64,000 nt of DNA from the human T2T-CHM13v2.0 reference genome, Homo sapiens, in assembly GCF_009914755.1 (NCBI RefSeq), contig NC_060927.1; one strand, 5' to 3'. Numbering within the stretch: position 1 is the first letter of the stretch; the number at the start of each line of letters is the position of its first letter. A program made the position numbers and the translations under genes. A model generated the notes under the pieces. The model was not told where the DNA came from. It saw only the letters and a list, made by a program, of their open reading frames with translations, and did no database searches. Of this stretch, positions 1 to 12,692 are shown piece after piece.

Positions 1-380
<380 letters not shown>

Positions 381-960
381 TCAACCAAAAGATGGTCAAC
401 ATAAAGCTTTGTAATTATCAGCTACAAATTCCAGTTATAGCAATCGTTTTCTTGTGTTCAAAAATCTTCTAGACAAATTCTTACAGAAGCATGGTGTATT
501 AAAAGTACCATTTTTATATTCCAGGTAGCTTACCTGCTTGAGATAATGTGATGAGGGCAAAAATTATTAATGAATCAAATTTCCTTTCCTTCCCGTTTAT
601 CCAATACCACCATCCTCTTCCTCGCCACCTGGACATTGCCAACACAGCAGTTTTCACTACTATGTTCATCCTTCTTCTGTATCTAGGGGTAGTCAGTAGA
701 AAGAAAACTCAAGAAGAAGGTATAGGGAATTAGCTTTTGGTAGAGAGAAAAAAAAAGCAGAACAAAAGTTGTGTGGGAGATTAGGAAGACAACACCTCAG
801 TAGATGTGGTGAGTAGAAAAAAATTGATGGAAAGAGTTGCGAATAGACCAGAAGAGAGTTAATAGCCACACTGAGACAAAAAGAGAGATAAAACCAAGGA
901 AACAGAGGCAAAAATATTTAAGAAGTCTTTGCTGTAGATAAATGATTAAAACTCTTTTAA

Positions 961-1286
<326 letters not shown>

Positions 1287-1399
1287 CCAAGCAATTTTTT
1301 TAAAAGATTGTAATTACTTTTAACTTGCATTGAAACTTATGGTATCCACTTCTTTTTAAGTGGCCCCAAATTGGGCCATTAGAAGCCCTGTGGTTTATT

Positions 1400-1943
1400 A
1401 TTTTTTTAATTTTTTCTTTCTTTCTTTCTTTCTTTCTTTTTTAATTAAACTTTAAGTTGTGAGATACATGTGTGGAACGTGCAGGTTTGTTACATAGGTA
1501 TACATGTGCCATGGTGGTTTGCTGCACCCATCAGCCCATCATCTACATTAGGTATTTCTCCTAATGCTATCCCTCCTCTAGCCCCCCACCGCTTGACCTG
1601 TGATATTTCCCTCCCTGTGTCCCTGTGTTCTCATTGTTCAACTCCCACTTATGAATGAGAATATGCAGTGTTTGGTTTTCTGTTTCTGTGTTAGTTTGCT
1701 GAGAATGATGATTTCCAGCTTCATCCATGTCCCTGCAAGGGACATGAACTCATCCTTTTTTATGGCTGCATAGTATTCCATGGTGTATATGTGCCATGTT
1801 CTCTTTATCCAGTCTATAATTGATGGGCATTTGGGTTGGTTCCGAGTCTTTGCTATTGTGAGCAGTGCTGCGATAAACATACACATGCATGTGTCTTTAT
1901 AGTAGAATAATTTATAATCCCTTTGGGTATATACCCAGTAATG
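1400..1943 (-). mobile_element. 5'-truncated L1PA7/8-like 3' end with TSD
   Basis: ORF2 C-terminus (ORF 1638..1886, ...DWIKRTWHIYTMEYYAAIKKDEF...) plus 3'UTR and tail. TSD AGAAGCCCTGTG(G/T)TTTATT at 1381-1399 and 1944-1962. Confidence 0.93.
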
Positions 1944-3015
1944 AGAAGCCCTGTGTTTTATTTTGGTTACATTGAGATCACGGCAACTCAGAATCTAAGA
2001 GTTAGAAGGAATCGTAAAGATATGTAGTCTAATATCTTTCCAAATGCAAAAATTTATTCTTTTTCCATCTCAAAATGTGTAATCCCCCTAACTACCGCTT
2101 GAATAGGATTTACAGTAAAATACTCATTTCCTCATCCAGTCTCCATGTAACTCCTGAGATATTTGAAGATAATCATTATCTTTTCTACAAATTTTATTTT
2201 CTTTGGTTTATTGATAGAATTGTACTGGACCTTATTTCTCACCATGTTCAATTAATCACCCTTGGATGAGGTTCACTTTCAAATACGTTATGCCTGATTT
2301 CTCTGACATATGTTTAACATCTTTCCAACTTGCTATTTCCCCATGTATCTTCAAACATATAGACAGTACCACCTGGGACCTGAAGATACAGGAAGAAAAA
2401 GTGGTTACCAGTGGAAGGAGAGAATTGTACAAAATCAGTTACCTTCTGAGAAGGTACGTTGCCAGCTCAAGGTTATTCACAGGGAGAAAACCAGGAAATA
2501 AATGCATAACCTCACTCTTTTCACTTCCAACAAGCTCTGGAAGGCTGTCTGCATTGACTGAACCCAACCAGAAGCCAAAAGATCAGCCTCCGAGAGCAGT
2601 TAGAAGGTATGAAGAGAGGATATGCAGAAAGAAATGGAAGATATCTGATATATTTCATAATATTGTTAGAGATATCCCAAAAAATAGAATCTTCTGCTCT
2701 GCTATAAGGTGATCAGAATCTTTCGACTAGTTATGTTGCTCTAAGAGATTTACATTGCATACTTTCTGCTAAGCAACAAACACTTTTGTTTCTTTTTGCC
2801 ACTTATTATAAACCTAGGTATATAGAAAGCCTCTCCCATCCCAAAGTAATCATGATGCCAAATTTGTGTGTGTATGGTTATGATATTTTTGACATTTCAC
2901 ATACTTAAACCTATTAGTTGTCCATAATGAAATTTAGCCTTCTGAAAAGTGGCATTTTAGAGTCTGAGCATGGCGGGCTAACATGGTCATTGATACTGCC
3001 TGTTATAGCAAACAA

Positions 3016-3073
3016 TACATATATATATATATGCACACACACACACACACATATATATATACACACACGCACA

Positions 3074-3126
<53 letters not shown>
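3016..3126. repeat. Compound (TA)n/(CA)n microsatellite
   Basis: About 110 bp of alternating purine-pyrimidine in TA-CA-TA-CA-TA blocks. Confidence 0.98.
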
Positions 3127-3127
<1 letters not shown>

Positions 3128-4072
3128 ACTCCTAATAGAGGTAGATTGCTTTGTTCTTTATACAAATGAAAACAGGGGAATGGTTTGGATTCCAAGGGAA
3201 GAACAGAGAAATGAGCTGGGGAATTGACAGTGGAATTGGCTATATGCCAACACTTTTTAATCTATGCTTTAGTAAGCTTTTTGCCAATATGGAATACAAT
3301 AGGCTTCTTTGCATACTTGATGTTATTCTGGATAGCAGCCCAAGCTTTAAGAAATCTAGGCTGGACACATAAAAAAACTAGAAATATTTGCATTTATTTT
3401 TTAAAAATCTCTGACTAGAAGAGGTTTTTACACAACCAAGACCATTATTTATAAGTTCACTCATTTGTTGAAAAATGTACTCTTTTCTTGCCCACTCACT
3501 TGCCCTTAAAAAGAGTATAAATAAAGCAAAATGCAATAATCCAATGAACCCCCTGTACCCATTATAGTACTTAAAAAAGAAAAAGAAAACTTTCCATCAG
3601 AAAGCTGAGAGTGCTTTGCATATATCATCCAATTTACTTTTACAGTTTCTGGGATATGGCTAGAATAGTTGTCATCATTCCTGGGGTGCCTTGATGCCAT
3701 TGTTGCCTAGTAAATTGCAAAACAATTCTGGAACTAAAAATAAATACTTCAGTTCTCGGTACAGCCTGGTCAAATTCAGTACTCAATAGCTCATAATGTT
3801 CCCTCAACAAGTATATCCTATTTCTTGTTTTGCTTCTTTCTTGAGATTCATTTCAAACTTGTAGAAATCATTTATTTTAACTGTCGAAGAATCTCAGAGC
3901 TGGTAGGTTTTAATGCTAAAAAAGAATTTGGCAGCTATTTCCATGATTAGCTTGGGAGTGGTATTCTAAGTCACCCTTCATAAGCCCTTGCTCTGCTTCT
4001 GTTCAGATTCAAGTCACGATAAGAAGTAGGAAAAATGTCATCAAGAATAAAAAGAAAGTCAAATAGGTTGAT

Positions 4073-4156
4073 ATTCGAAAATGAATTCTGCTAGAAAGCA
4101 CAGCAACTATGAGATTCGAAAATGAATTCTGCTAGAAAGCACAGCAACTATGAGAT
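4073..4156. repeat. Perfect 41-bp tandem duplication
   Basis: ATTCGAAAATGAATTCTGCTAGAAAGCACAGCAACTATGAG at 4073-4113 and 4114-4154, identical. Confidence 0.97.
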
Positions 4157-4259
4157 ACCAGTGGCCAAATTTTATTCAAATCTGAAAGTAAGTACTTTTT
4201 ATGTTAAGCCTTGTTGGGAGGAGAGGGAGACTGATGTGGATGTGTCAATGTAAAATCAT

Positions 4260-4460
4260 GGTTGATAGACACCTACAAATGGGAGCATAAACTTTAGTTA
4301 GCTCCTGTCGGCAGAAGAGCCCAACAATGCCTCCAAGGACCTTAAAGGTTAACAATAAAATCTCAAATTGAATCCTCATTCTCAATGTGAGCCAATCTGT
4401 TATAAAACAATGAATTGGCATGAACATACCAAGGCCAATGAGTACAGTTAAGCAAGAGCC
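4260..4460 (-). mobile_element. Probable ancient L2-clade LINE ORF2 C-terminal remnant
   Basis: Minus ORF 4245..4475 contains WLTLRMRIQFEILLLTFKVLGG...YAP, resembling the L2-clade motif HWLPVxxRIxFKILLLTFKALHG...YxP. Confidence 0.5.
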
Positions 4461-6018
4461 TGTCAGCGTGCCCATACTTTATCACCCATGCAGAGAGTAA
4501 CTCTCCATGACATTAAGGATGCTATATTTGATGGAATGTCACAGTTAGTTGACACTGGCCTTATCCTGGATTGTAGATTCTCTGTCACATCCTGCCAGTT
4601 TAGAGCAGGACCTAATGATTACAGTATTTTACCTTATAAGCCATGGTGGGAAACCAAAGCTGACTTTAACTCAGTAAATTGCTGCCCAGTGTCACAGTTG
4701 CCAACTGGAAGTGATTGATAGAGGGTATGACCAGCCATATGGAAGAAAAGAAAGTGAAAAGTGTTTTCAAGATCAGTATTATACCCTAACCATGAGTAGA
4801 AAAGCTTATAATCTAATGAATCCAAAGGAAAAGGATTAGTAAGGGTTTTAAAAAACTTTGAGACTGCAGGTCATTCCACCCTTTGGTGACTTGAATGTAA
4901 CAGAAAATTCATTTCTGAGGTCAGAGGGCAGATAATGCCCACAAGTAGAAAGAAGTTTGGATGGATTACTTTTAAAGTATATAATTACATAAACATCAAT
5001 TGTCTATTATGTGTAGGTATTGGGAACCTAGGGACAAACCCAGAGCTGCATAAGATCAAACAAGCACAATTCATGGGATTTATTCATAAGATGACTTTAT
5101 TTTTACGTCCTACCACTCTCTTAAATTTATTGCCCTCTTAAATTTAAGCATGGGCAAGTGCTTCCCTTAGATGAAAGCTCAGACAGTTTGAAGCCTTTTC
5201 TGATGAGTATTAGGCCATGCAAATTATTAAATCTAAGAATATAAATGTCTGTTTCCATGTGATAGTCACATAATAGTTGATTTAAAGTTGAAGCTGCCGC
5301 TTCTCCAGTTTATTTTTGCTGTAGAAGGTAAGCGTGCAGGTGGGGCAAGCATTTTATGCTCCACTTCTTTGTTTCCCTGCCTTGAACTTCTACCCCTCCT
5401 AACCCAGTTGGCAAACCTCAGATTCAGACTGTGGCAGAATTGGAGCAGGGCATGGAAGGAGAGGAAAGGGATGCAAGAATATTCTCACATTATGAGTACT
5501 GTTGTGAGGACCCAGCATGCATGCTCTCTAGGCTTGGCAGAAGTTGAAAGCTGACCTTTTCGTTTAAGAACATTTTCGTCAGTTCTTTGCAGAAGCCCCA
5601 GTCAGTAGGCATGTCTCCCCTGAAGTTCACTTGACGTGGGTGAATGGGTCTCCATTCCATTTGGTCACTTTTGATACCTTCTCCAGGCCTTAGACTTTCC
5701 AAGGTCGTCTACCAACTTCCTTCCACTGAAGCAACTTTGCCTGTCTGACGACCCTCACAGCAGCTCCGTCTTGCATACAGTTCAAATCAGCTCCACAGGA
5801 AACATTCATATATCTTTTGCTCTGAAGACATCCAGTAGTATAGTCACTTCTCAAACCACAAATCTCTAATATCACAGCCTCCTTTGCCCAGACTCTTAAT
5901 TTTCATATTTCTCCAGTGCGTTTTAGACATCCGTCTTCTGTGTTGTTCAAGTCATGCAATTCTAAACACAGGAATCAGGACACCTGCAAGGCACAAGTGA
6001 CCACTCATTATTCTAATC

Positions 6019-6232
6019 CAGTGGTTCTCAACCAAAGTTAATTTGCCTCCTGGGGGACATTTTGCAATGTCTGGAGACACTTTTGGTTGAAACAACTAGA
6101 AAAGTGCTACTGACATCTCTAGTGGGTAGAGGCCAGGGTGGCTAGTCCATATCCTACAGTGCAAAGGACAGGCCCCACAACAAAGAATTATTCAGCCCAA
6201 AAGGACAATAGTGCTAAAATTGAGAAACCCTG
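6019..6232 (+). mobile_element. MER20 (hAT-Charlie MITE)
   Basis: CAGTGGTTCTCAACC ... GGGGGACATTTTGCAATGTCTGGAGACAC ... GAGAAACCCTG. Confidence 0.9.
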
Positions 6233-6319
6233 TCCAGTAAAAAAATTATTTTAATTTTTTTCTTAATTTGTAAGTGGAATAGAACTATAATAATATTTGG
6301 GACTCTTCCTCAACTCTTT

Positions 6320-6672
6320 ATATTAATCAATTCAGTAGCCATAAATATTAAGTGCCTACTAAGTATTGGGCACTGTTAAGAGGGCTGAGGATACAGGAGT
6401 TCTCATGGAGTTTACACAGTAATGGGTAACACACTAAGACAGTAAACAACAACAAGTGAGCAAATACATCAACAATATAACAATATAGAAATAGTGCTCT
6501 AAAGACAATAAATCAGACAATATGACAAAGAGATTGGAAAGGGGTGTCATCACTTTGTATCAGAGTAGTCAAGGAAGGCCTATCTGAAGAAGTGGTAACT
6601 GGACCAACAGCCAAAGGATAATATGGGGACATTCGGGGGAAAAGCATTCTAGAAAATACAAATGGCTAGTGC
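6320..6672 (-). mobile_element. L2 remnant, interrupted by the inverted duplication and by an L1MA
   Basis: AAATATTAAGTGCCTACT...GGGCACTGTT...CAAGGAAGGCCTATCTGAAGAAGTGG...AAAGCATTC, typical of the L2 3' region. Confidence 0.7.
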
Positions 6673-6908
6673 AAGTATGAGAAAGGACTAATACACTAGG
6701 TAATCCCCTGGGGGCATAACTGTGGTCCCTACTTCGTTTAGAAGTTGCTTTCCGACATATCTTTTAGAATCACAAGAAGGCAGGGGCTTTGACGTCAGGT
6801 AAATTGCTGCTTCCAGGACCTGGAATTTACCCAGATCTTATAAAATCCCTAAAATAGGGCTGTGCTTCCATATCGACGTAAGGAATACTTTGAGAGGACC
6901 AGTAAAAA
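6673..6908 (+). repeat. Inverted repeat, left arm (236 bp)
   Basis: Reverse complement of 8219-8453. Manual alignment gives 14 substitutions and 1 indel. Confidence 0.97.
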
Positions 6909-6978
6909 CTTGGGATGCTACAGTGACATGACGAGGTATCATGAGTGAGGAAGAGCATGGAACAAAAGGAGGATAGAG

Positions 6979-7946
6979 CTGATTATAAAATGGGCACAAG
7001 ATCTGAGTAGACATTTCTCAGAAGAAGACATGCATATGGCAAACAGGTGTATGAAAAGGTGCTCAACATCATTATCACAGAAATGAAAATCAAAGCTCCA
7101 ATGAGATATCATCTCACTCCAGTGAGAATGCCTTTTATCCAAAAGACAGGCAATAACAAATGCTGGCAAGGATGTGGAGAAAAGAATCCTCATACACTGT
7201 TGGTGGGAATGTAGATTAGTACAACCACTATAGAGAACAGTATGCAGGTGTCTCAAAAAACTAAAAATATTACTTCCATATGATCCAGCAATCCCACTGC
7301 TGGGACTATACCCAAAAGAAAGGAAATTAGTATATCAGAGAGATATCTGCTCTGCCATGATTATCGCAGCAGTATTCACAATGGCCAGGGTTTGGAAGCA
7401 ACCTAAGTGTTCATCAACAGCTGAATAAATAAAGAAAATGTGGTACATGTACACACAATGAAATACTATTCAGTCATAATAAATAATGAGATCCTGTCAT
7501 TTGCAACAACATGGATGGAACTGGAGGCCATTATGTTAAGTGAAATAAGTCGGGCACAGAAAGACAAACTTTGTATGTTCTCACTCATTTGTGGGAACCA
7601 AAAATTACAACAATGGAATTCATGGACATAAATAATAGAATAATGGTTACCAGAGGCTGGGAACGGTAGTGAGTGGTGATGGTTAAACAAAAATATAGTT
7701 AGATAGAATGAATAAGATTAGTATTTACTAGCACAGCAGAGTAATTACAGTCAACAATAATTTATTGTGCATTTTAAAATAACTAAAAGAGTATAATTGG
7801 AATGTTTGTACCAAAAAGAAATCAGAAATACTTGAGGTGACTGATACTGCATTTACCCTGATGTAATTGTTATGCATTGTATGCCTGTATCAAAACATAT
7901 CATGTACTCCATAAATATGTACCCTACAATATACACATAAGAATTA
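6979..7946 (+). mobile_element. 5'-truncated L1MA-type 3' end
   Basis: Degenerate ORF2 C-terminus (NNEILSFATTWMELEAIMLSEIS) plus L1MA 3'UTR. Degenerate TSD AAAAGGAGGATAGAG (6964-6978) and AAAAGAACGATAGAG (7947-7961). Confidence 0.88.
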
Positions 7947-8218
7947 AAAAAGAACGATAGAGAAGACTGCAGAGACCCAGACTAGGTAGAACCTCTTGAA
8001 ACAGCGAACAGGACTTCTTAAACAACACACATTTGCACTTGGGTCCTGGGTGGTGGAGATGTCCATGGATCCCTTGGAAAATCTACACACTTTTGTGCAT
8101 GTGTCCATGGGTATACTTTTCACCTGATCCTCAAAAATGGCCCCAAATGAAGGTGAGGATTAATAATCAGAAACCTATTGTTTGCACAGAGTTGTAGAAA
8201 TCTGTGTCCAGCTGAGGA

Positions 8219-8453
8219 TTTTTACTGCTCCTCTCAAAGTATGCCTTAAGTTGATATGGAAGCACAGCCCTATTTTAGGGATTTTATAAGATCTGGGTAA
8301 ATTCCAGGTCCTGAAAGCAGCCATTTGCCTGATGTCAAAGCCCCTGCCTTCTTGTGATTCTAAAAGATATGTCGGAAAGCAATTTCTAAACGAAATAGGG
8401 ACCACGTTATGCCCCCAGGAGATTACCTAGTGTATTAGAACTTTCTCACACTT
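8219..8453 (-). repeat. Inverted repeat, right arm (235 bp)
   Basis: Reverse complement of 6673-6908. The last ~23 nt overlap the start of the THE1 LTR. Confidence 0.97.
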
Positions 8454-8789
8454 CTAATAAAGACTTTCCCGAGACTGGGTAATTTATAAAGGAAACAGGT
8501 TTAATTGACTCACAGTTCCAGATGGCTGGGGAGGTCTCACAATCATGGTGGAAGACAAAGGAGGATCAAAGTCAAGTCTTACATAGTGGCAGGCAAGAGT
8601 GGTAGGCAAGAGAGCATGTGCAGGGGAACTCCCCTTTATGAAACCATCAGAGCTCATGAGATCTATTCATTATCAAGAGAACAGATTGGGAAAAACCTGT
8701 TCCCACCGGGCCCCTCCCACGACATGTGGGAATTACGGGAACTACAATTCAAGATGAGATTTGGGTGGGGACACAGCCAAACCATAGAA
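8431..8789 (-). mobile_element. THE1-type MaLR solo LTR
   Basis: TGTATTAG...GAGACTGGGTAATTTATAAAGGAAA...GAGATTTGGGTGGGGACACAGCCAAACCATA. Confidence 0.92.
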
Positions 8790-11286
8790 CCAAAAGTTAA
8801 AGCCTTTTGTCCCTAAGAAAGAGGGAGGGAATGTCAGCCTAGAAGGCCTAGAGATCTCCAGAAAGAAGAGAGAAATGTTCCCGTCTCCCCTCTCTCTAGG
8901 ATAAACAGCCACCAACCCTCTGACCAGAGGTTCTCCAAAGAATATATCATTTGCTATACCCCACCATAAAACCCTTTTCTGCTGAACAATGAAATAGCAT
9001 GGATAGCTTAAAAAGCAGTACCTAACTGAAAGGGAATAAATTAAATTAAAGAGAATAAATACCAGCAGCCTGAAGCCTGGGGAGCTAGGAGGCATTCCAT
9101 AGAAAACCTAGGGCGGAGAGTGGCCAGAGTAAAAGGAAAGGGACAATGCTGAAAGAAATGACAATATCCAGGGAGCAGAGCCAGTTTAGTTATAGCAGCT
9201 AAATAATTTCAAACTACAAAAGGAATTTTAGGCTTCAAAACTCCAGCTCCCAAATAGTGTTATAATTAGTATTATTTTCAGATTAAAGAAAACACCACTT
9301 TTGTGTAACAAATTACCTCCATTTTAAATGCAAAAATAATATATTTCACTTCATAAAAAATGCCCAAACGGAAGCATTCTTACATTAATTATTTCACTCT
9401 ATTCAAAAAGCATATCCCTGCTTGCTTTTTATTATGCCTTCCAGCTTCTACTTTGAAAAACATGTTAAGAAGCTGGAAGGTATTTTTTAAAAATGAAAGG
9501 AAAAAAGAAAAATAAATAATCTTGGAAGCAATTAGAGCCAAAATACAGAATGCATAAATATACATGTACATATTTTTTATTTGCCCCCTAGATTTTACTC
9601 CCCATTTTCTTCCACCTCCCTTTTTGGCACCAGAATATGAAGCATCTTTCTTTCCTTGAGCTTCAACAGCAGGCAAATGTTTGCCCCAGAATTGAGTCAG
9701 ATTCTGTTCTGTGGATTGATTGGCAAGAGTTTTCATAAAGGAGGTGGGGTCCCCAGAGGGCAAATACATAATTTTCATAATGCATTTCTTTTTTTCCCCC
9801 CAGCCTAGGAACCTAAGTCTATTTCTGAACCATTTCGTCTAAGAGTAATAATTAGCAGCACATTGCAAAAGACAAAACACCATCGTCATTGCTTCGTGGG
9901 GTCTGTAGTTGCTCTTGTACAATTACCGAGAATATAATTTTACTGTGGGAACAAAGAACATATGTAAAGTAAATATTGTTACAGATTTTAGACTTTCGAG
10001 AAGAAATTTTTATATTCGAATATTAGAGAAAACCACAGGAAATGGAGTTTAAAATTGATTCTTTCTGCACTTTCCTTCACTCAATTGACTGTGGCTAAGG
10101 TAAAAGTTGTCACTTGGTGACAGCAAGGAAAGCTTTAGCACAAGCTTTTCTAAACAGGGTATCAAAGCACTTGAATTTAAAACATCTAAAATAATGAAGA
10201 TATTCCCCCCTCAAATGAACTTTGACATCCAGGTCAATCTACATTGAAAAACAAATATGCTATCATCATTTGACTTTAATATGAGAATATTTTAAATATA
10301 TTATTATTAAAGTGATCTTTAAATGTAATACATCTTTAATAGGAACAAGAATAAGAAGGTGAAAATCAATTTGTGATGATAGTATTTGTACTGGGATTAA
10401 AATGTTGACTGTATGCTGTACACCCAAGGAGAGGCTTGATTATTTTTTAACCAGATTTTGAAGAGTATGAGCTCTGATGAGGTGACGATGTTGCTGAGCT
10501 TTGCGTAAAGGCAAAATCAGTGTAGTAACATCCTATCTTTCTGAAGATCGGGCTTCTGACAACATCACCTATCCAACAACACAGGTATGAAATAGAAAGC
10601 CTCAGCCCTATGCCTTAGCCAGTGGGTTCCAGAAGCTGTTCTCAGGTAGCAGGCAAGAGTTTTCTGACTCAGGTTTTTAACCGTAACCCTGACAATGCCA
10701 GCAGTCCAATTCAACACAGAGCAGGACATTAGTCAGTGTGAATTAGAATTGGGGGATGGGGATGCCACAGGGGCAAGGACAAAGCTGCCGATGTGGCTGC
10801 CAATGTGAGAGACAACAACAAGATGAGGCAATGAAACTACTGTACAGTAATTGGTGGTCATTAAGATGAGCCTAAGCCATCAGGGAAAGCTAAATTGTGC
10901 TTTAATACTTCATTTATGAAAGAAGGATAGCATACCAGAAGTCTTCAAATCTCATTGAATATCAGAATGACCTTGAAATATTCTGATTCAGGGCTCTGAA
11001 ACATGTGCCCAAGAACATGCATTTTAACATGAGTGAATTCAGATTTAGCTTATCTACAGCATGATGTTTGGGAGTGACTATACATGCATACTATCTAATG
11101 TCATAGATGAAGAAACCGTGGCACGTAGAGGTTAGATAACTTGCCCAAGGTCATCTGATAAGTAGTACGTAAAAGAGCTGGTACTACGCAGATCAACTCC
11201 AGCCAGATTCTTCCAGGGTTCTTCTGCTCTTTATAGCTTATTGGATCCTAGTTTGGCTTGACACTAGGTTTCTATATCTACTAACC

Positions 11287-11448
11287 CAGTGGTTGTCAAT
11301 GTGCATCACCTGGGAACTTGTAGGAAAAGCAAATGCTCAGGTTCCACCCTAACCTTGTGAATCAGAATCTCTGAGATGGGACTCAGCAATCTTTTTTCAA
11401 CATACTCTCCAGGAAATTCTGATTCACTGTAAAGTTTGAAAACCACTG
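11287..11448. mobile_element. MER5A-like hAT MITE with 8-bp TSD
   Basis: TIRs CAGTGGTT / AACCACTG. TSD TACTAACC (11279-11286) and TACTAATC (11449-11456). Confidence 0.88.
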
Positions 11449-12329
11449 TACTAATCCACTTCAGATGTAATTTAAATAAAGCTAAAAAAAGAAAAAGAGG
11501 AAGCATAATGTGTCTTATTTGGGGCTCTCAGTGGTACCTTATCTTCTTGGTTTCTAGAAAGGGCAGGTGTGTCCCCAAAACTGTCTTCCTGTGCATTTCA
11601 TCTTTTTGGTAGTAATTCTTATTTCCAAACCCAAGGACCCCATTGTTCTTATGTCCTCTTCTTCAACAACCTCTTAAAACCCTTTCTCAGGGAATAATCT
11701 CTCAACAATATCTTATCAGTCAAGATTCTTGATTACAAAAATAGAAGCCAACTCCCAAAAATTTGGGATGGGAAACTGATACTCTATGCTTTTATTTTCT
11801 TTTCAGTCCTTTACTAAGCTGCTAACCCTATAATCTCTCTAACGTTGGAAAGACAAACTACTTCCCAGCTCTGAAATCTGTGTATGCTTTAGAAATAAAT
11901 CAAACCCTATCTCAATCATTTATGTTTTAAAAAACCAAGGTCATCCCCATCACAATTGATAACTCGACTTAATTTTAAATACTCTGTACAGAAATAATTT
12001 GAATAAAACATCTTCTGCACATTCTCTATTTATTTACTTATTGAAGAAATGTTTCTTGAGAACCTATTTGGGGCCAGAAATGATACCAAGTACTAAGTAT
12101 ACAACAGTGTTTAAGTATATCTTACCCTCCAGAAGCTTTCAGTCTATTGTAAGTGTTCTTAACCTGGGATCCATAAATGCATTTCAAGAGTTTTGTAACC
12201 TCTGAAATTACTTACAAACTATTGCTATTCTCACCTATCTTTCTTTCTATAAATATACACTGGGAATGGGAAGAGTGGGTAGAAATTCTACACTTTCCAA
12301 TTTGTTACTCAAATGGATCTCAGTTCTTT

Positions 12330-12692
12330 CTCTCCCTTGCACCCGCTATGATCTTACCTCTCTGCCCCTGCACGTGGCAGGCAGGAAGTGAGAATTCACA
12401 TCCCTCTCTTGAGCAGCCATCAATCAATAACAGATGGAGTTAGGGTACACGCTGCCTCTCTCTGCACAGCTGATGAGACAACTCCCAGACTCCAAGAGTT
12501 CCCCACTGGGATTAAGTTCCAGTTACTCACAGTAGAAACTGCTTGATGAAGTGTATTCTGCTACCTCCCTTCACTTCTTTGCCTTCCTTCCTTACTCCAT
12601 CCTACCCATGTTTCCAGGGACCACTTCTCAAATAAACTGCTCCCACTAAAATCCTTGTCTCAAGGTCCATTTCCGGGGGAACCCAAACTGAG
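12330..12692 (+). mobile_element. Old ERVL LTR (LTR16/LTR33-like)
   Basis: 3' end CAAATAAACTGCT...AAATCCTTGTCTCAAGGTCCATTTCCGGGGGAACCCAAACTGAGA. Confidence 0.7.

Noticed and set aside
2266-2712. 148-aa ATG ORF
   Set aside because: No recognisable domain. It overlaps a degenerate MLT-like LTR fragment, and its length is compatible with chance.
4073-4156. 41-bp direct repeat as CRISPR-like
   Set aside because: Two adjacent copies with no spacer, in eukaryotic DNA.
6673-8453. Inverted repeats as TIRs of a DNA transposon carrying L1 cargo
   Set aside because: No TSD. One arm includes the start of a THE1 LTR, and the interior is continuous with the flanking L2, which fits templated duplication better.
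10455-10584. Exon-shaped segment (TTTTTTAACCAG ... ACAG/GTATGA)
   Set aside because: Stops in all three frames and no independent support. Such splice-like pairs are frequent by chance.
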